NCBI GenBank assembly: GCA_964016885.1
Contig: OZ024740.1
Coordinates: 23,064,001 to 23,128,000 of the forward strand
Source: Eledone cirrhosa
Taxonomy: Eukaryota
Length of the DNA: 64,000 bases
Direction of reading: 5' to 3'
Below the pieces are notes generated by a model. It had not been told where the DNA came from. It saw nothing but the letters and a program-made list of their open reading frames with translations, and did no database searches. Shown piece by piece: positions 1 to 14,563 of the stretch (position 1 is its first letter; every line of letters begins with the position of its first letter). Both the position numbers and the translations under genes were made by a program.

Positions 1-150
1 GGTAAGTAGATTCAGTGATGGTATATGAACCAGTGGTAAGTAGATTCAGTGATGGTATATGAACCAGTGGAATGTAGATTCAGTGATGGTATATGAACCA
101 GTGGTAAGTAGATTCAGTGATGGTATATGAACCAGTGGAATGTAGATTCA
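1..150. repeat. 34-bp tandem minisatellite, about 4.4 units, truncated by the window start
   Basis: Unit GG(TAA/AAT)GTAGATTCAGTGATGGTATATGAACCAGT starts at 1, 35, 69, 103, 137. Confidence 0.9.
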
Positions 151-245
151 AATGTTTCACCTTCCGTATAAGGTGAAACATTTGTTCTCCGTAATGGTGA
201 ACTAAATGTTGTGGAACTACTTCTATATATATATACACACACGCA

Positions 246-352
<107 letters not shown>

Positions 353-560
353 GCACACACACACGCACACACACACACACACACACACTTATGTATGTAT
401 GTGTGTGCATATCTATAGCGACATCTCTGTGTATATCGATGTTGTGGTATTAACGTTTCACACTATTGAGTGCTTTGTGAATGCCTCAAACAATTCGTTT
501 CGGATCTGCTATACAGCGGCTACAACTTCGATTCATACCTGTTATTATTATTATTATTTA

Positions 561-770
561 TTGGTTGAGTCAGTAGAGCGTCGGACAGCAGTTGAGCAGC
601 ATCGAGTTGCGTCCCTTTATGTTCTGAGTTCAAACCCGGCCAAAGTAAACTTTGCCTTTCATCATTACGGGGTCGATAAAATAAAGTACCAGTAATAAAC
701 TGGGATCGATCTAATCGACTTACCCCTCCCCCAAAATTGTTGGCAATGTGCCTCAATCAGAAACCATTAT
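561..770 (+). mobile_element. tRNA-derived SINE with Meta-like central domain (octopus-type)
   Basis: B-box GAGTTCAAA then GTAAACTTTGCCTTTCATC..GGGGTCGATAAAATAAAGTACCAGT; same core recurs at least 6 more times in the window. Confidence 0.85.
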
Positions 771-771
771 A

Positions 772-809
<38 letters not shown>

Positions 810-822
810 ATATATATATATG

Positions 823-923
<101 letters not shown>

Positions 924-1214
924 GTGGGTGAGTGGTTGGAGAATTGTTTTCGTAATCGTGAGGCTGGGCGGACTGGGCGATGCGTTATGTCCTTGGGCAA
1001 GAGACTTTGTTTACGTATAGATATATCTTCGTATAGACATATCTTCTCACACTCACACACACACACACACTCATACTTACACATTCACACATTCTCCCAC
1101 ACACTTAAACAGACATGTACAAAACCCCTTTTTAAGGGAGACTACTCTTTATCCATCTAACCTTAACTCTTTGACATTAGAGATAGAACAGATACTCCAT
1201 ACCATTTCCTGTCA

Positions 1215-1405
1215 GCAAGACTTGGCAAGCTATTTAGAACACTGGTTTATCCACTTTACTTCCCTCCGAAGAAGAGATATTATCTCGAAAATTAAGGACA
1301 ATAAGATAAATCTAAGGTAAAAGACTAATTGTCAACAATATCTTTTGCATTTGCATTTATATTCTATGTCCATACCTGCATTGTTTTGGCTTTACAAACT
1401 CAAAC

Positions 1406-1410
<5 letters not shown>
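1215..1410 (+). mobile_element. PLE-type 3' terminal fragment with HHR-like motif (1261-1298), ending in (TA)n
   Basis: TCCCT-CCGAAGA-AGAGATATTATCTC-GAAA-ATTA-AGGA; same family forms a palindrome at 50175-50580. Confidence 0.6.
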
Positions 1411-1450
<40 letters not shown>

Positions 1451-1451
<1 letters not shown>

Positions 1452-1501
1452 GCTTCTACAGGACTAGAACTGTTTCATTCGGGAGAATTCATCAGGAAGC
1501 C
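1451..1501 (-). ncRNA. Type I hammerhead ribozyme (canonical core)
   Basis: Minus strand GGCTTC-CTGATGA-ATTC(TCCC)GAAT-GAAA-CAG(TTCTAGTC)CTG-TA-GAAGCC: all three stems pair, GUA cleavage triplet. Confidence 0.9.
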
Positions 1502-1635
1502 TTCCTGTAGAAGCCTTTCTTTATTAAATATTTATACTCTGCTTCGTATTGAGTACCTTACATACTGTGGTTACCCCCTATTGAACCCGGGATATACTTA
1601 TATATATATATATATATTCATATAAATATATATTC

Positions 1636-1714
<79 letters not shown>

Positions 1715-1745
1715 TAAATATATATTTATATATATTTATAAATAT

Positions 1746-1817
<72 letters not shown>

Positions 1818-1925
1818 TAAATATATATTTATATATATTTATAAATATATATATATTATGGATACTGTTGGCTTTTTGCTACAATGTTATCTATACCTTT
1901 CATTTATATATATATATATATATAT

Positions 1926-2115
1926 AACGAAGGAAATGGGGTAAGGAACCATATGGACCATAACGCACCAAAGTACTCACTACTTAGGGTAGTAGAGTGG
2001 GTAATAGGAACGAGTAGGATCCCGACGGCTGAGCTCAAGCCGTTTCGACGGCTAATTCTGGACTAGAATTAGCCGTCGAAACGGCTCTGGCTCAGCCGTC
2101 GGGGTCTTACTCGTT

Positions 2116-2118
<3 letters not shown>
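1926..2118. mobile_element. Family A PLE 3' terminus, fold-back copy in (TA)n
   Basis: AACGAAGGAAATG..GACGGCTAATTCT-GGACT-AGAATTAGCCGTC inverted arm; family recurs at 19362, 25421, 40846, 41055, 59837, 60577, 60730. Confidence 0.75.
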
Positions 2119-2209
<91 letters not shown>

Positions 2210-3010
2210 CCTTTAAGAATGCTCACAGATACAGTGTTCTCTGTGTGTGTGTCTCTCGTTCTCTGATTCTTTCTCTCTCTCAGTTCTCTCTCCCTTCCTC
2301 TGTTTCACTCTCTGTTTCCCCCACTTGCCCCTCGAAGGTATACCCTTCAGTTTCTACAGCTGCTTACAGTCTTCCATTCATACGCGTTTCTATTCAGGGC
2401 TGTATAAAGGGAGGCTACCCTATGTCATTCCTGCTTCCGTTATCTCTTTCCCAATGATTATTCTCCAAACCAATATACACTTACACATACACACACATAT
2501 ACACATACATATACAAACATACACACACATATAAACACATACACACTCACATTCACATGCACACACATATACACATACACACACATATACAGATATACAT
2601 ACACACATACACATACATACACACACTTATAAACACATATACACACGCACATACACATACACACATATAGACACATACACATATACATACACACACATAC
2701 ACATACACATACAGACACACAGACACATATACACGTACATAGAGAAATTTCCTGTTATATTCACATAGACACAGCTCCGTTCTTTGAATCTCTCATTTCT
2801 AAAGTTTTATAGTCTCCCTTGTTTGGAGAGATTCAGGAGAGAGAGAGAAAGGAGAGGGCGGAGGATGTGTGTGTGTGAGTGACAGAGAGAGAGAAAGTGA
2901 AAGAGAGATTCAGGCGAGAGAGAGAGAGAAAGAAAGATTCAGGAGAGAGTAAGAGAGAGATAGAGAGAAAGATATAGGTAGAGAGAGATAGAGGGATAGA
3001 TAGAGATAGC

Positions 3011-3065
<55 letters not shown>

Positions 3066-3244
3066 GTGAGAGAGAGAGGGGGAGGAGCGGATAGTTAGAT
3101 AAATAGAAAGGAGAAGAGAGAGAAAATGTCTACTATGGGTATTCTACTTCCGTTATACACTTCCCAATACACAATATACACATTCAACCTACACACACTC
3201 AAACATAAACACACACCCACATACGTACGATGGTATGCACAGAT

Positions 3245-3279
<35 letters not shown>

Positions 3280-3423
3280 CATACATACACATAGCTTCTT
3301 TCAGCCCCATCTCTCCCTCCCCTCTCTCTACCCATCCCTCTCATCCACGGTCTTCTCTATGGCGATGTGATTTAAAAGAAAGGCTATTACAGATAACCCA
3401 CTTCCGTTTCTGCTTTCTGATAC

Positions 3424-3519
<96 letters not shown>

Positions 3520-3546
3520 GAATATATATATATATATATGTGTGTG

Positions 3547-3638
<92 letters not shown>

Positions 3639-3726
3639 GTATATATATATATATATATATATGTACATATATATATGGTATATATATATGGTACCGTTGT
3701 AATATATATGTACATACATATGTATA

Positions 3727-3789
<63 letters not shown>

Positions 3790-3847
3790 AATATATATAC
3801 ACACATATATATATATACATATATATATATGTACATATATATGTATA

Positions 3848-3917
<70 letters not shown>

Positions 3918-5019
3918 CCATATATATATGTATATATGTACATATAAATGTACATATATGTACATCTATATATATATATATATATATACACATCAACTCA
4001 TAACTCTACACTCCCATATACAGACTGACACCCTATCTTTTGCCTCCGTTCTCTCTCTCACCTTCACCATCTGCATCATTTCTACGTCTTTCTCCCAACC
4101 AACAGTTTCCCAGAGTCTGGTCTATAGCAGTTGGATGTGAAAGTGAGACTATTATGGATAGCTCACACCCGTTATCTGCATTTCTCCCAATCGCTTCCAC
4201 TTTACACCCTCTTCGCTCCTTTTTCATATGAACTTCTCTCAATCTCTGCAATCTCCCTACAACCCTTTCTTTCTGTTTTTATATCCGGCTATTTCTAACC
4301 CCCTTACTATTATTTTCTCTTTTTCTATCAGCCCCTCTCCAGCTTTCTATCTGTCTGTCCCTTTATTTCAAACACTTTTCCTATTCTCACCGCCTCTTTA
4401 TCTCTTTCTCTCTCCCTCCACAATTCTCTCCGCTCTTATATTACCCCCTTCCGCCCTCTCTCCCACTCTATCTATCTCGCCCTCTCTCCCCCTTCCTCTC
4501 TCTCTCTCCCTCTCAGTAGTTTCAGTAGTATTTCAGTAGTTTTTCTCTCTTTCATTATATCTCCCTTTCTCTTCTAATCTTTCTCTCTCTCACTCTCTCC
4601 CTCCCCTCTCTCTCTCACTCTCTCTCTCTCCCCCCTCCCTATCTCTCGCTCTCTCGGTATCACACTCACACACTCTCTTTCACTCTCCCTGCCTATACCC
4701 CATTCTCCCTCCCTATCTCTCTCTCTCACTCTTTCACTCTCCATCCCACTCTTTCTCTCCCTCCCTCTCTTCCCTCTCTCTCACACTCTTCCCCTCTCTC
4801 TCGTCCTCTCTCTCTCTTTCCACACCCTCTCTTTGTTGTCTCTCTACCTCTAACATGTCAATTTCTACCCCTTTTTACAAACATCTTAATATCCGCCATC
4901 ATTACATTGCCATCACCACCACATCCTTCTACCCCCCCCCCCGCCAGTTCAATTTCCTCTCTACTCTCACCTCTCTTTACATTCTCTATCTCATTACACT
5001 TCACCTTCAAACTCCCCGC

Positions 5020-5300
5020 CACCACCATAATACACCGTTCAGTACACACAGCTCTTCGAAAATCCCACCACCCTCACCACCACCAGCACCACCACCACCA
5101 TAATACACCGTACAGTACACACAGCTCTTCGAAAATCCCACCACCCTTACCACTACCACCACCACCACCAACGCAACCATAATACACCGTTCAGTACACA
5201 CAGCTCTTCGAAAATCCCACCACCCTTACCACCACCAGCACCAGCACCACCACCACCATAATACACCGTTCAGTACACACAGCTCTTCCCAAATCCCACC
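5020..5300. repeat. About 72-80 bp minisatellite, 4 units
   Basis: CCATAATACACCGTTCAGTACACACAGCTCTTCGAAAATCCCACCACCCT plus a variable (CCA)n spacer. Confidence 0.85.
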
Positions 5301-5528
5301 GTCCTCTCCAACATATTACTACACTTCTTTCAATATCTAACACCAGCCCCCTCACACAATATGTTACACCATATTTACGCTTTTAAAACATTTTTAGTAA
5401 TTTCACGAAACTATCTCAAATTTGAAATGTTATTGTTTTTCACGCGGTTGCTCGATATATATATATATGTGTATATATATATATGTATATATATATGTAT
5501 GTATATGTATATATGTATATATATTAAA

Positions 5529-5572
<44 letters not shown>

Positions 5573-5593
5573 ATATATATATATGTTTACATA

Positions 5594-5696
<103 letters not shown>

Positions 5697-5885
5697 GCGT
5701 GTGTGTGTGAGTGTGTGTGTGTGTGCGTGTGTGTGTGTTTGTGTGTGTGTGCGTGTGTACGTTCCCTTATATCAGGGAAATGAATGTTATATAAAGATAA
5801 ATGAGAACCAAAAACTATAAAAAGGTTACAATTCATATGTATGTGTATCTGCTCCCACAAGTGTGTATAAGTAGAACGAGTTTTG

Positions 5886-5918
<33 letters not shown>

Positions 5919-5955
5919 CTAAATGCAACGTATATATACCGGTATAACACATACA

Positions 5956-6100
<145 letters not shown>

Positions 6101-6259
6101 GTATATATATATATGTATATATATATGCAGATATACCTATATATAATATATATATTTCTTTATTAGATGATAGATATATTTCTTTATACACCCCCCCCCC
6201 CCCACATATATATATATATATATATATATATGAGCATATATACATATATATCATATGTC

Positions 6260-6314
<55 letters not shown>

Positions 6315-6498
6315 TTTATACATATAGATGTACACAGACACAATTGCTCACACGCTCATATAATCGTGTATGTATGTATGTATGTGTGTGTGTATGTATG
6401 TATGTATATATGTATGTATGTATGTGTGTATGTATGTATGTATATGTATGTATGTAGATGTATGTGTTTGTGTGTATGTATGTATGTATATGTATGTG

Positions 6499-6530
<32 letters not shown>

Positions 6531-6842
6531 TGTATGCATATGTATGTATATGTATGTATGTGTTTGTGTGTATGTATGTGTGTATGTGTGTATGTATATG
6601 TATGTATGTATATGTATGTATGTATATGTGTGTGTTTATGTGTATGTGTTTGTGTGTATGTATGTGTGTGTTTATGTGTCTATGCCTATACATACATGAA
6701 TAATAAATTTATGATCAAATTATAATTAAAATTTGTGCTATTCACGGTTTGAGATTTTAAATGTATTTCCTTGTATGGAGAGCTTTTATTTTATTACTTT
6801 CTTTGTGTATAATGTATTAAATATTATTATTGTTATTGTCAT

Positions 6843-7118
6843 ATCATCATCATCATCATCATCACCATCATCACCATCATCATCGTCATCATCGTCATCA
6901 TCATCGTCATAATCGTCATCATCATCGTCATCATCATCATCGTCATCATCACCATCAACATCATCATCATCATCGTCATCATCATCATCGTCATCGTCAT
7001 CATCATCGTCATCATCATCATCATCATCATCATCACCATCACCATCATCGTCATCGTCATCGTCATCATCATCATCATCGTCATCATCATCGTCATCGTC
7101 ATCATCATCATCATCATG
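6843..7118. repeat. (CAT/CGT)n trinucleotide array
   Basis: Direct reading; source of the poly-H/D/M pseudo-ORFs. Confidence 0.95.
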
Positions 7119-7137
7119 CATTATTAATATTATTATT

Positions 7138-7328
7138 CGGGCGATGAATTGGCAGTATCAGTAGAGGGTTGTACGCCCTGATTTCTAGAACAGTTACGTC
7201 CCTTTACGGTCTGAGTTCAAATCCCGCCGAGGTTAACTTTGCCTTTCATCCTTACGAGGTCGATAAAATAAAGTACCAGTAATGTACTGGGACAATTGCT
7301 GGCCTTGTGCCAAAAGTAGAAACAATCA
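7138..7328 (+). mobile_element. Meta-domain tRNA SINE copy with (ATT)n tail
   Basis: CTGAGTTCAAATCCCGCCGAGGTTAACTTTGCCTTTCATCC..GCTGGCCTTGTGCCAAAAGTAGAAAC. Confidence 0.9.
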
Positions 7329-7569
7329 TTAATATTATCATTATTATTATTATTGTTGGTGAAGCCACGTTTCTTATCGTCTCCAGTTTTATTCAACGTT
7401 TTACCTCGTTTTCAACCGTTCTAAACCTTTTATTCAAGTTTTAAATTTGATAAAAGTTTAGAAGAAGTGACCCACCTAATACAGGGGCTCACTAGTAAAT
7501 AATACGGCAACCCTTTACGGGGAGTCGTATTCGTATTTGTGTAAAATTATTCTTTTGAAAAGTTTCAAC

Positions 7570-9514
7570 ATGGATAACACAAGAAAGAGAGAGAGAGCGC
7601 TGTCAGACAACACAGAGAGAGGGAGACTTTATCAGCATGTCAACAAGACAGCGTTCCAGCGGTGGTAAGTAAATATAAACGAAAATATTACAAAGGAAAA
7701 AAAGATTGTTACAGATTTAAAATTACCAAATATTTCTAACACAAACAACACCAACAATAACACCAACAACATCACCAACAACAACACCCAAAATAACAGC
7801 GGTAAAGTCGAGAACGACAATAACAAAAATAACAGCGGTAAGGTCGAGAACGACAATAACAACAGCCACAACAACAATAATAGTAGGAACAGTATCAACA
7901 AAAACAACAATAATAACAACAGCCACAATAACAGTAACAACAGCAACAGTATCAACGAAAACAACACCAACAACTGTACCAGCGAAAACAACAACAATGG
8001 CACCGATACTGTAATAGCGACCTCATCACCACCAGTAAGACCAGTAGCGGCAGCAATAGTGGTGCTGCTGAAAAAGGGACCACTTCTTTTGCAGGTGTCG
8101 CCCGAAATATCGAGACAGTGTTAGTCACAGAGGAAGAGATGATAGTCGCAAGGGCCATTTTGACAAGAAGCGCAAATAGAGTTTCCCTGAAACCTCCACC
8201 CGATTTTTTCAAGGACCAGCAGCTACGGACGGTGACTTACCGCACCGTAAGCAAAATCTCACATCGTGGGAGAGAGCCACGGAGGCTCAAATCCAAAAGG
8301 CCTTGGGGTGCGTCTGGGCACGCAAAACCCACATCACCCGAGGCAGAAAGTACGCCACAGTAGACGTACTTTTCGCCAACCCCCAAGAAGCAAAGTCTCA
8401 CTCTTTGGAAACCCTAAAGAGTGAGGAGTTAGTCTTGGTCCCCTTCTACTGCGGGCAGAAAATTGTGAGGGACAAAGTGACCCAGGTTCCACCCGACGTG
8501 CCCATACCTTGGCTGGCTGCGTCTGTCCTTGCTGGAATTGAGAACAGGGCGACTATGCTACAAGTAGAAACAATAGGGAGAAAGAACTGGTTAGATATAG
8601 GCTTGCAAATGCTTATACAAACTGACCAGGAATGTATCGAGGCTATCTCCAATATCATAGACATCGAGGAAGGACTCCAACTCCCTATAAGTGTAGAACG
8701 AAGACGGCCAAAATCTTATCTCTGTAGGTCGAAGGGTCATCTCAAGGCCTTTTGCCCGCAGAAGACAGCGAAGAGGGCCCCTCTCCTTCCAATACCAGGT
8801 CCGCTGCTACCAAGAGCAGGACAGGCAACAAACGAAGAAGCCCCTTCCACGGTGAGTAGGAGGGCAACGTCCGTAGCACCCGTACCAAGGCCACGGATAA
8901 CTAAAGCAGCATCATCAGTAGCAGCAACACCAATAGCTACATTTGAAATAGCTACACCAGCAACAAAATTACCGAAGAGGGCTCCATTACCACCACCAAC
9001 AGCCGTGGAGCACATACCCCTCCCAGACGCCACAGAATCCGACATGGAGTTTGAGGCGGGAGTGAAGTGGCAAACAGTCTGCCACAAAAAAGAAAAAAGA
9101 AAAAAGAAAAAACCCTTAGATTCACCCTCCAAAAGCGAAGACAGACAAAGAGGGGTAAAGGCAGCAAGGAAACTTGCAGCAACACCACCACCATCACCAC
9201 CACAAACACCAATAACGCAAACACAACAAGACACACACACTAAACAGCAACAAGAAGAAAACAGCAACAAAATCCCCCCTCCCCCCCCAAAAGTACACAA
9301 CCATAAACATGACAAAAAAAGAACTCATACAATATATAAAGTAGCACACATACATCACAGAAAAAAACTACTACACCCCACCAACACCAAGAACTCTCCC
9401 GACAAACATAAGCATGATCGAAATCTCAATAGAACAGTACAAACCTTTAAAACAAAAATTCCCCAACGCAGTTGGAGACTTCAGAGGGTCGGTTACCAAG
9501 AGGATATACACTGA
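7570..9514 (+). pseudogene. LINE ORF1 (gag-like, frameshifted)
   Basis: ATG at 7570, Asn-rich N-terminus, degenerate zinc knuckle SYLCRSKGHLKAFC, WQTV + poly-K; spread over several frames. Confidence 0.7.
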
Positions 9515-9622
9515 CATCCTCTTGGAAACACCCATGACCAGCGAAAGGGACGGTTCTACTGTCCCTTCACCACACGAACAAGGTAAGTGACCCTTTCTCA
9601 CTTGCCCCGTTTCTCATCCAAC

Positions 9623-11975
9623 ATGGCTGTACTCAGAATAGGCAGTATAAATGCACGTGGCCTGGGGTCATCTTGGAAGCAGGGTCACCTGCTCAATGAC
9701 CTCAGGTCACTAAACATAGATGTGGTGGCCATCAGTGAAACCAGAATCTCCGAGGCACGGGCCATCGCACCGATATTCGGCGGCTACGATGTATACGCAT
9801 CTCCCAGCCGTCCAGGTTCGGTAGGAGGGGTTGCCGTCCTTTTTCGAAGAGGCTTGGATCTCGCGATACGGGCCATCTTCCTGGACCCAGAAGGTAAGTC
9901 GGTGGTGCTGGACGTGACCGGTAGCGAAGGCAATGCTTTCAGGCTAGTAGCTGTCTCCGCACCATTAGGGGCAGGACAGCCAGATTTCTTCGGACGTCTA
10001 GAGACCTTTCTTGGAACGTCCCGCTTTTTAGTGTTAGTGGGCGACTGGAAGGGTATCTTGGATGCACGCTGGGATCGTGTGGGGTTAGTGGATAGGGGAG
10101 GAGGGTGCAAGAGCCTCACCAACCTGCTCAGACGTTTTGAACTGTCTGACAGATATCGACTGGATCACCCGAATGTGCCAATGTGGACATGGACAAACCG
10201 CATCGGGTCATCCAGATCGTATCTCGATAGGGTATTCTGCAGAGAACTAGATAAGGCTAGTATAAGTTGTCCACAATTTAAAATAGTCGACTACACAGAC
10301 CACAAATTAGTGATCTGTGAGATCGACATAGACAGACTTCATAGACAAGGGCCTGGTTACTGGAAGCTGAACGCGTCTTTCCCAGCGCGCAAAGCCTACA
10401 GAGATCGGATTAACGTATTAGTTAAGCGGGCGTTGACGGGAGCGGTCGTCAACAACAGGTGGTGGTTCGCCCTGAAAAGGGCAATTAAAGTAGAGTCGAT
10501 TAGGTTTAGCAAAGGAGTAGTGATAGAGGAAAATAGAGTAGAGGGAAAGCTAGTCAGAAAGGTAGCAGAGGCGTTTAGGACAGGCATCGCAACCGACGTG
10601 CTTGCGGCGAGATTGGCACTCGACCAATTCTTCAACACAAAGCACGAAGGCTGCGTTGTCAGAGCTAGAGCGCGTGTTTTGAAACACGAGGGGACAAAAG
10701 CCGTCCAATGGGCCCGGGTGGCAAAGGCGCGACGTGGCAACAAAGCCACAATTCGGTCTTTGTCTGTCCAAAACGGGTTCGTGATGCTCGAACCCGAGCG
10801 GACGTGTGAAGCTTTTCAGCAACACTTTGTTGAACTGTTCGGGAGCGTCGGCGGCCCGGATCGGGGCATGGACTTCAGTACATACCTCGACGGACTGCCT
10901 CGGCTCTCGATGACCGCAGCACAGTGTTGCGAAAAGCCAATAACAGCCGGTGAAATACGGGAAGCGATGGCTAACTGCACAAGGGGTAAATCGCCAGGTT
11001 TAGATGGTCTGCCCTACGAACTTTATGCATTTATGCCAGACTTGTTCGGTGACCTCTTGTCAGATGTCTACTGCAACTGGCAGCAGAACGTTGTCAACAC
11101 TCGTTGCGTGGAGGACTGGGCATGCCATGGCTGATGATGCGCAAACATGCGCTGAGGCTGCGACATCTCTGGTGCTTCCTTGATGGTGAACGGGTGTCGT
11201 CGCCGTTCGCCAGGCACGTTTTCCCAGAGCTCGTCTCCTTGACGGAGCTGCAGTCCTGGCTCAGAAAAAGACCGAGGGATAGCGCTTGGAAACTGGAATG
11301 TCTCCAGGCGGCCACTGCCCTCTCCCAGTTGGGCACCAGTATCGGTGGAACATCCACCTCCGCGTTCTATAGTGGATTAGTGGAGGGGAAGAGCGACGAC
11401 ATTCTTGGAGAGATCCTGGGCGCCGAAGAAGATCAGCTGTTTGCTCTCTTCCGGAGAACTTTCAGCCCGGGGCCTATGGATAACTTCCAAAAATCCCTGG
11501 CCTGGCAGTGCTACCGAGGAGTGCTGCCGGTTCGAGTTAAGCTCTTACAGGCACGGAAGTGCCGTCAGCCGAGCCTGTCCGAGATGCGCGCAGAGCGACG
11601 AAACCGTTGTGCACGCACTAGTTCAGTGCCCGAGCATTGCTGACTAGTGGATCTATGTCGAACAGTTGCTGTCACGTGTGGGACTGATCCAGTTGTCGAC
11701 TGAGTCCATTGTGCAGATGGTCTCGCCGTCTTCCTTCGAGGAGGAAGGGCAGGTGGTTTTCATCTTCCTGGTGGCCATGGCGAAAGAGATTGTGCGGTGG
11801 ACAAGGTTAAAAGGGTTAAAGACAAACACTTTCCTCTTCGGCGAATCCCTAATTAACTTTTTCAAGTTTCACTTGAAGAGGAAAATCAGGGTGGAGAGGC
11901 AAGTGCTGCTTTCTAGCAAGTTTGTTGAAAGGTGGGTGAATGTAGCGAGAATGGTCCGAATATACGTCTGTAGTT
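9623..11975 (+). pseudogene. LINE ORF2: APE endonuclease, RT start, RT core missing, zf-RVT-type C-terminus
   Basis: SINARGL, ISET, LVGDW, SYLDR, TDH, GPGYWKLN, KSPGLDGLPYELY; jumps at about 11090 to RGGLG; later CPRCAQSDETVVHALVQCP. Confidence 0.9.
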
Positions 11976-12319
11976 TGAGAGATGGAAAAATTGAGCGAGG
12001 GCGCTTGCCCTGGTGGTCAGGGTGGCCGTGGTCTTTTGTGTGGTTTTCGCCACGAGTAACCCTCGGAGGTTTCCCCCCTATTGGTGAATTTTTCATTGTT
12101 TCAATTTTCATTATTATTGTTTATATATATATGTTTTATGTCCTTTTTTTTTCTCTTCTTATATAAATAATAAAAATATTTACACGCACAAAACCCACAT
12201 CGTACCGTCCTGTGCCGTCTGTAATGTCTTTCTTGATGTCAGCCCTTGTGGCCAATAAAGAAATCATTATTATTATTATTATTAATAATAATAATAATAT
12301 TAATAATGATAATAATGAT

Positions 12320-12320
12320 G

Positions 12321-12375
<55 letters not shown>

Positions 12376-12439
12376 CAGTCGCAGCAGCAGTAGCAGTAGT
12401 AGCAGTAGTAGCAGTAGCAGCAGTTGTAGTAGTAGTATC

Positions 12440-12501
<62 letters not shown>

Positions 12502-12507
12502 CAGCAA

Positions 12508-12552
<45 letters not shown>

Positions 12553-12568
12553 CAGCAGCAGCAGCATC

Positions 12569-12625
<57 letters not shown>

Positions 12626-12652
12626 CGCAGCAGCAGCAGCAGCAGCAGCACC

Positions 12653-12712
<60 letters not shown>

Positions 12713-12770
12713 CGCAGCTGCAGCATCAGTAGTAGCAGTAGTAGGTAGTAGCAGTAGTAGCAGTAGTAGC

Positions 12771-12803
<33 letters not shown>

Positions 12804-12827
12804 CTCAGGAGCAGCAGCAGTAGTAGC

Positions 12828-12899
<72 letters not shown>

Positions 12900-12960
12900 C
12901 GCAGCAACAGCAGCATTAATAGCAGCAGTAGTAGTAGTAGTAGTAGCAGTAGTAGTAGTG
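12320..12960. repeat. (AGT/AGC)n trinucleotide array
   Basis: Direct reading. Confidence 0.95.
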
Positions 12961-13502
12961 ACCGTAATAATATTGCTGTTGTACAGCCATGCTAGAAACC
13001 CCATCCGCTGAGAGTTGACAGCCTTCTACTAAAATAAAACATTTAAACATTTCAGTGTAATAGGTTATGGATGCGTGTCTATATATATATGTATGTATGT
13101 ATATATGTATCTATATATATATGTATGTATGTATGTATGTATCTATGTATGTCAGGTCACCAGTTGGTGCTACTGGTAACATATATCCCAGTACAACCTG
13201 TCTCATGGTCGGGTAGTTGGCGACTAAACTGGCAACCCCACCAAGGTTTCTTGGTGAGGAGGGTGACTTTGGACATCCTGCAGGACTAAAAACAAAACCT
13301 GTCAAAGGGCAAAGGAGCTCTTAAGTGTCAATGGCCATCCAAAATCACCGGGAGAGATGACCCCTTAGCCTTTGTCAAGGCAGAATTCTAGGAGAAGGAA
13401 AACTCTGATATAACACCTGCAACCCTGATGGTATCCAATGATGTTGACTTGTTCTTCTTTTTGGTAAATATCATCTTGGTTAAGAGAGTGGGACTGGCTT
13501 TG

Positions 13503-14066
13503 TGCAGTGCCTTTGCTCACTATAAAAGCTTCACGGCACAGGCATTGCTTTATATCTGGAGATCTCTCTGCACTTGTCTTCACATGGGCCCAGCACTATG
13601 TGTCAATAGTTGTCCTACCATGGGCCCAGCACTATGTGTCAATAATTGTCACAAGTGTAGTGTTTGTACCAGAGGTTTCAAGTCGCTGGCTGGACTAAAA
13701 AGTCACACTCGTTCAGCGCTTCGGTAGGGGTTATCCTACATGGATATAAAGTAGTGGCCGTACTCGAAAACGAGTTGGCAGCCACCATGTATGTATCTAT
13801 GTATGTATGTGCAGTGCCTTTGCTCACTATAAAAGTTTCACGGCACAGGCATTGCTTTATATCTGGAGATCTCTCTGCACTTGTCGTCACGTGGTACCAT
13901 GGGCCCAGCACTATGTGTCAATGATTGTCACAAGTGTAGTGTTTGTACCAGAGTTTTCGAGTCGCTGGCTGGACTAAAAAGTCGCACTTATTCAGCGCAT
14001 CGGTAGGGGTTCTCCTACATGGATATAAAGAAGTGGCCGTACTCAAAAACGAGTTGGCAGCCACCA
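13503..14066 (+). mobile_element. Two tandem 3' ends of an RTE-type LINE with (TATG)n tails
   Basis: Encodes CSVCTRGFKSLAGLKSHTR (C-terminal C2H2-like motif of RTE ORFs); ends ACGAGTTGGCAGCCACC-ATGT; third copy at 26241. Confidence 0.7.
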
Positions 14067-14170
14067 TGTATGTATGTATACACACTTACACAGGCATAAT
14101 TTATGTGTGTGCATGTATGTCTGTATATATGTATATAGGTATGTGTACATTTATTCATAGGTATATGTGT

Positions 14171-14213
<43 letters not shown>

Positions 14214-14527
14214 TATAAATGTATATATATATACATTCTTACAAGAGTATACGCATCCATGCCTATATTTATATATGCATAGATGCGTTTTTCTTGTAAG
14301 AATATATATATATATGTACATACTTACATACAAACGAATATTTTATATATATATATATATATTTTTTGTTTTTATATTTATATATATATTAGAAAGTGGT
14401 TTTTTATTTTACAAAATGAAAAATAACCGAGGTGTCCTACACGAGTGAAAGTATAAAGAAAAAAATATGAAATCGAAAATGCAACTGGAGTCTTATTTTT
14501 TTTTAAATATATATATTTATTTGGTTC

Positions 14528-14563
14528 CTTTACCGGTTTCGCAGTTCTTCTGCTTTTCAAAAG
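14528..14563 (-). ncRNA. Minimal hammerhead, U3-A8 variant
   Basis: CTT-TTGAAAA-GCAG(AAGAA)CTGC-GAAA-CCGG-TA-AAG; palindromic stem III. Confidence 0.7.

Larger units (their letters stand above)
7355..12285 (+). mobile_element. Tx1/L1-type non-LTR retrotransposon, internally deleted, flanked by (ATT)n
   Basis: ORF1 with knuckle remnant plus ORF2 with APE and C-terminal CCHC; 3' end AATAAAGAAATC(ATT)n; 5' flank is also (ATT)n. Confidence 0.85.

Noticed and set aside
1-150. CRISPR-like repeat array
   Set aside because: Units are contiguous with no unique spacers; eukaryotic context and no cas genes
7138-7230. tRNA gene
   Set aside because: B-box belongs to a SINE head; no cloverleaf
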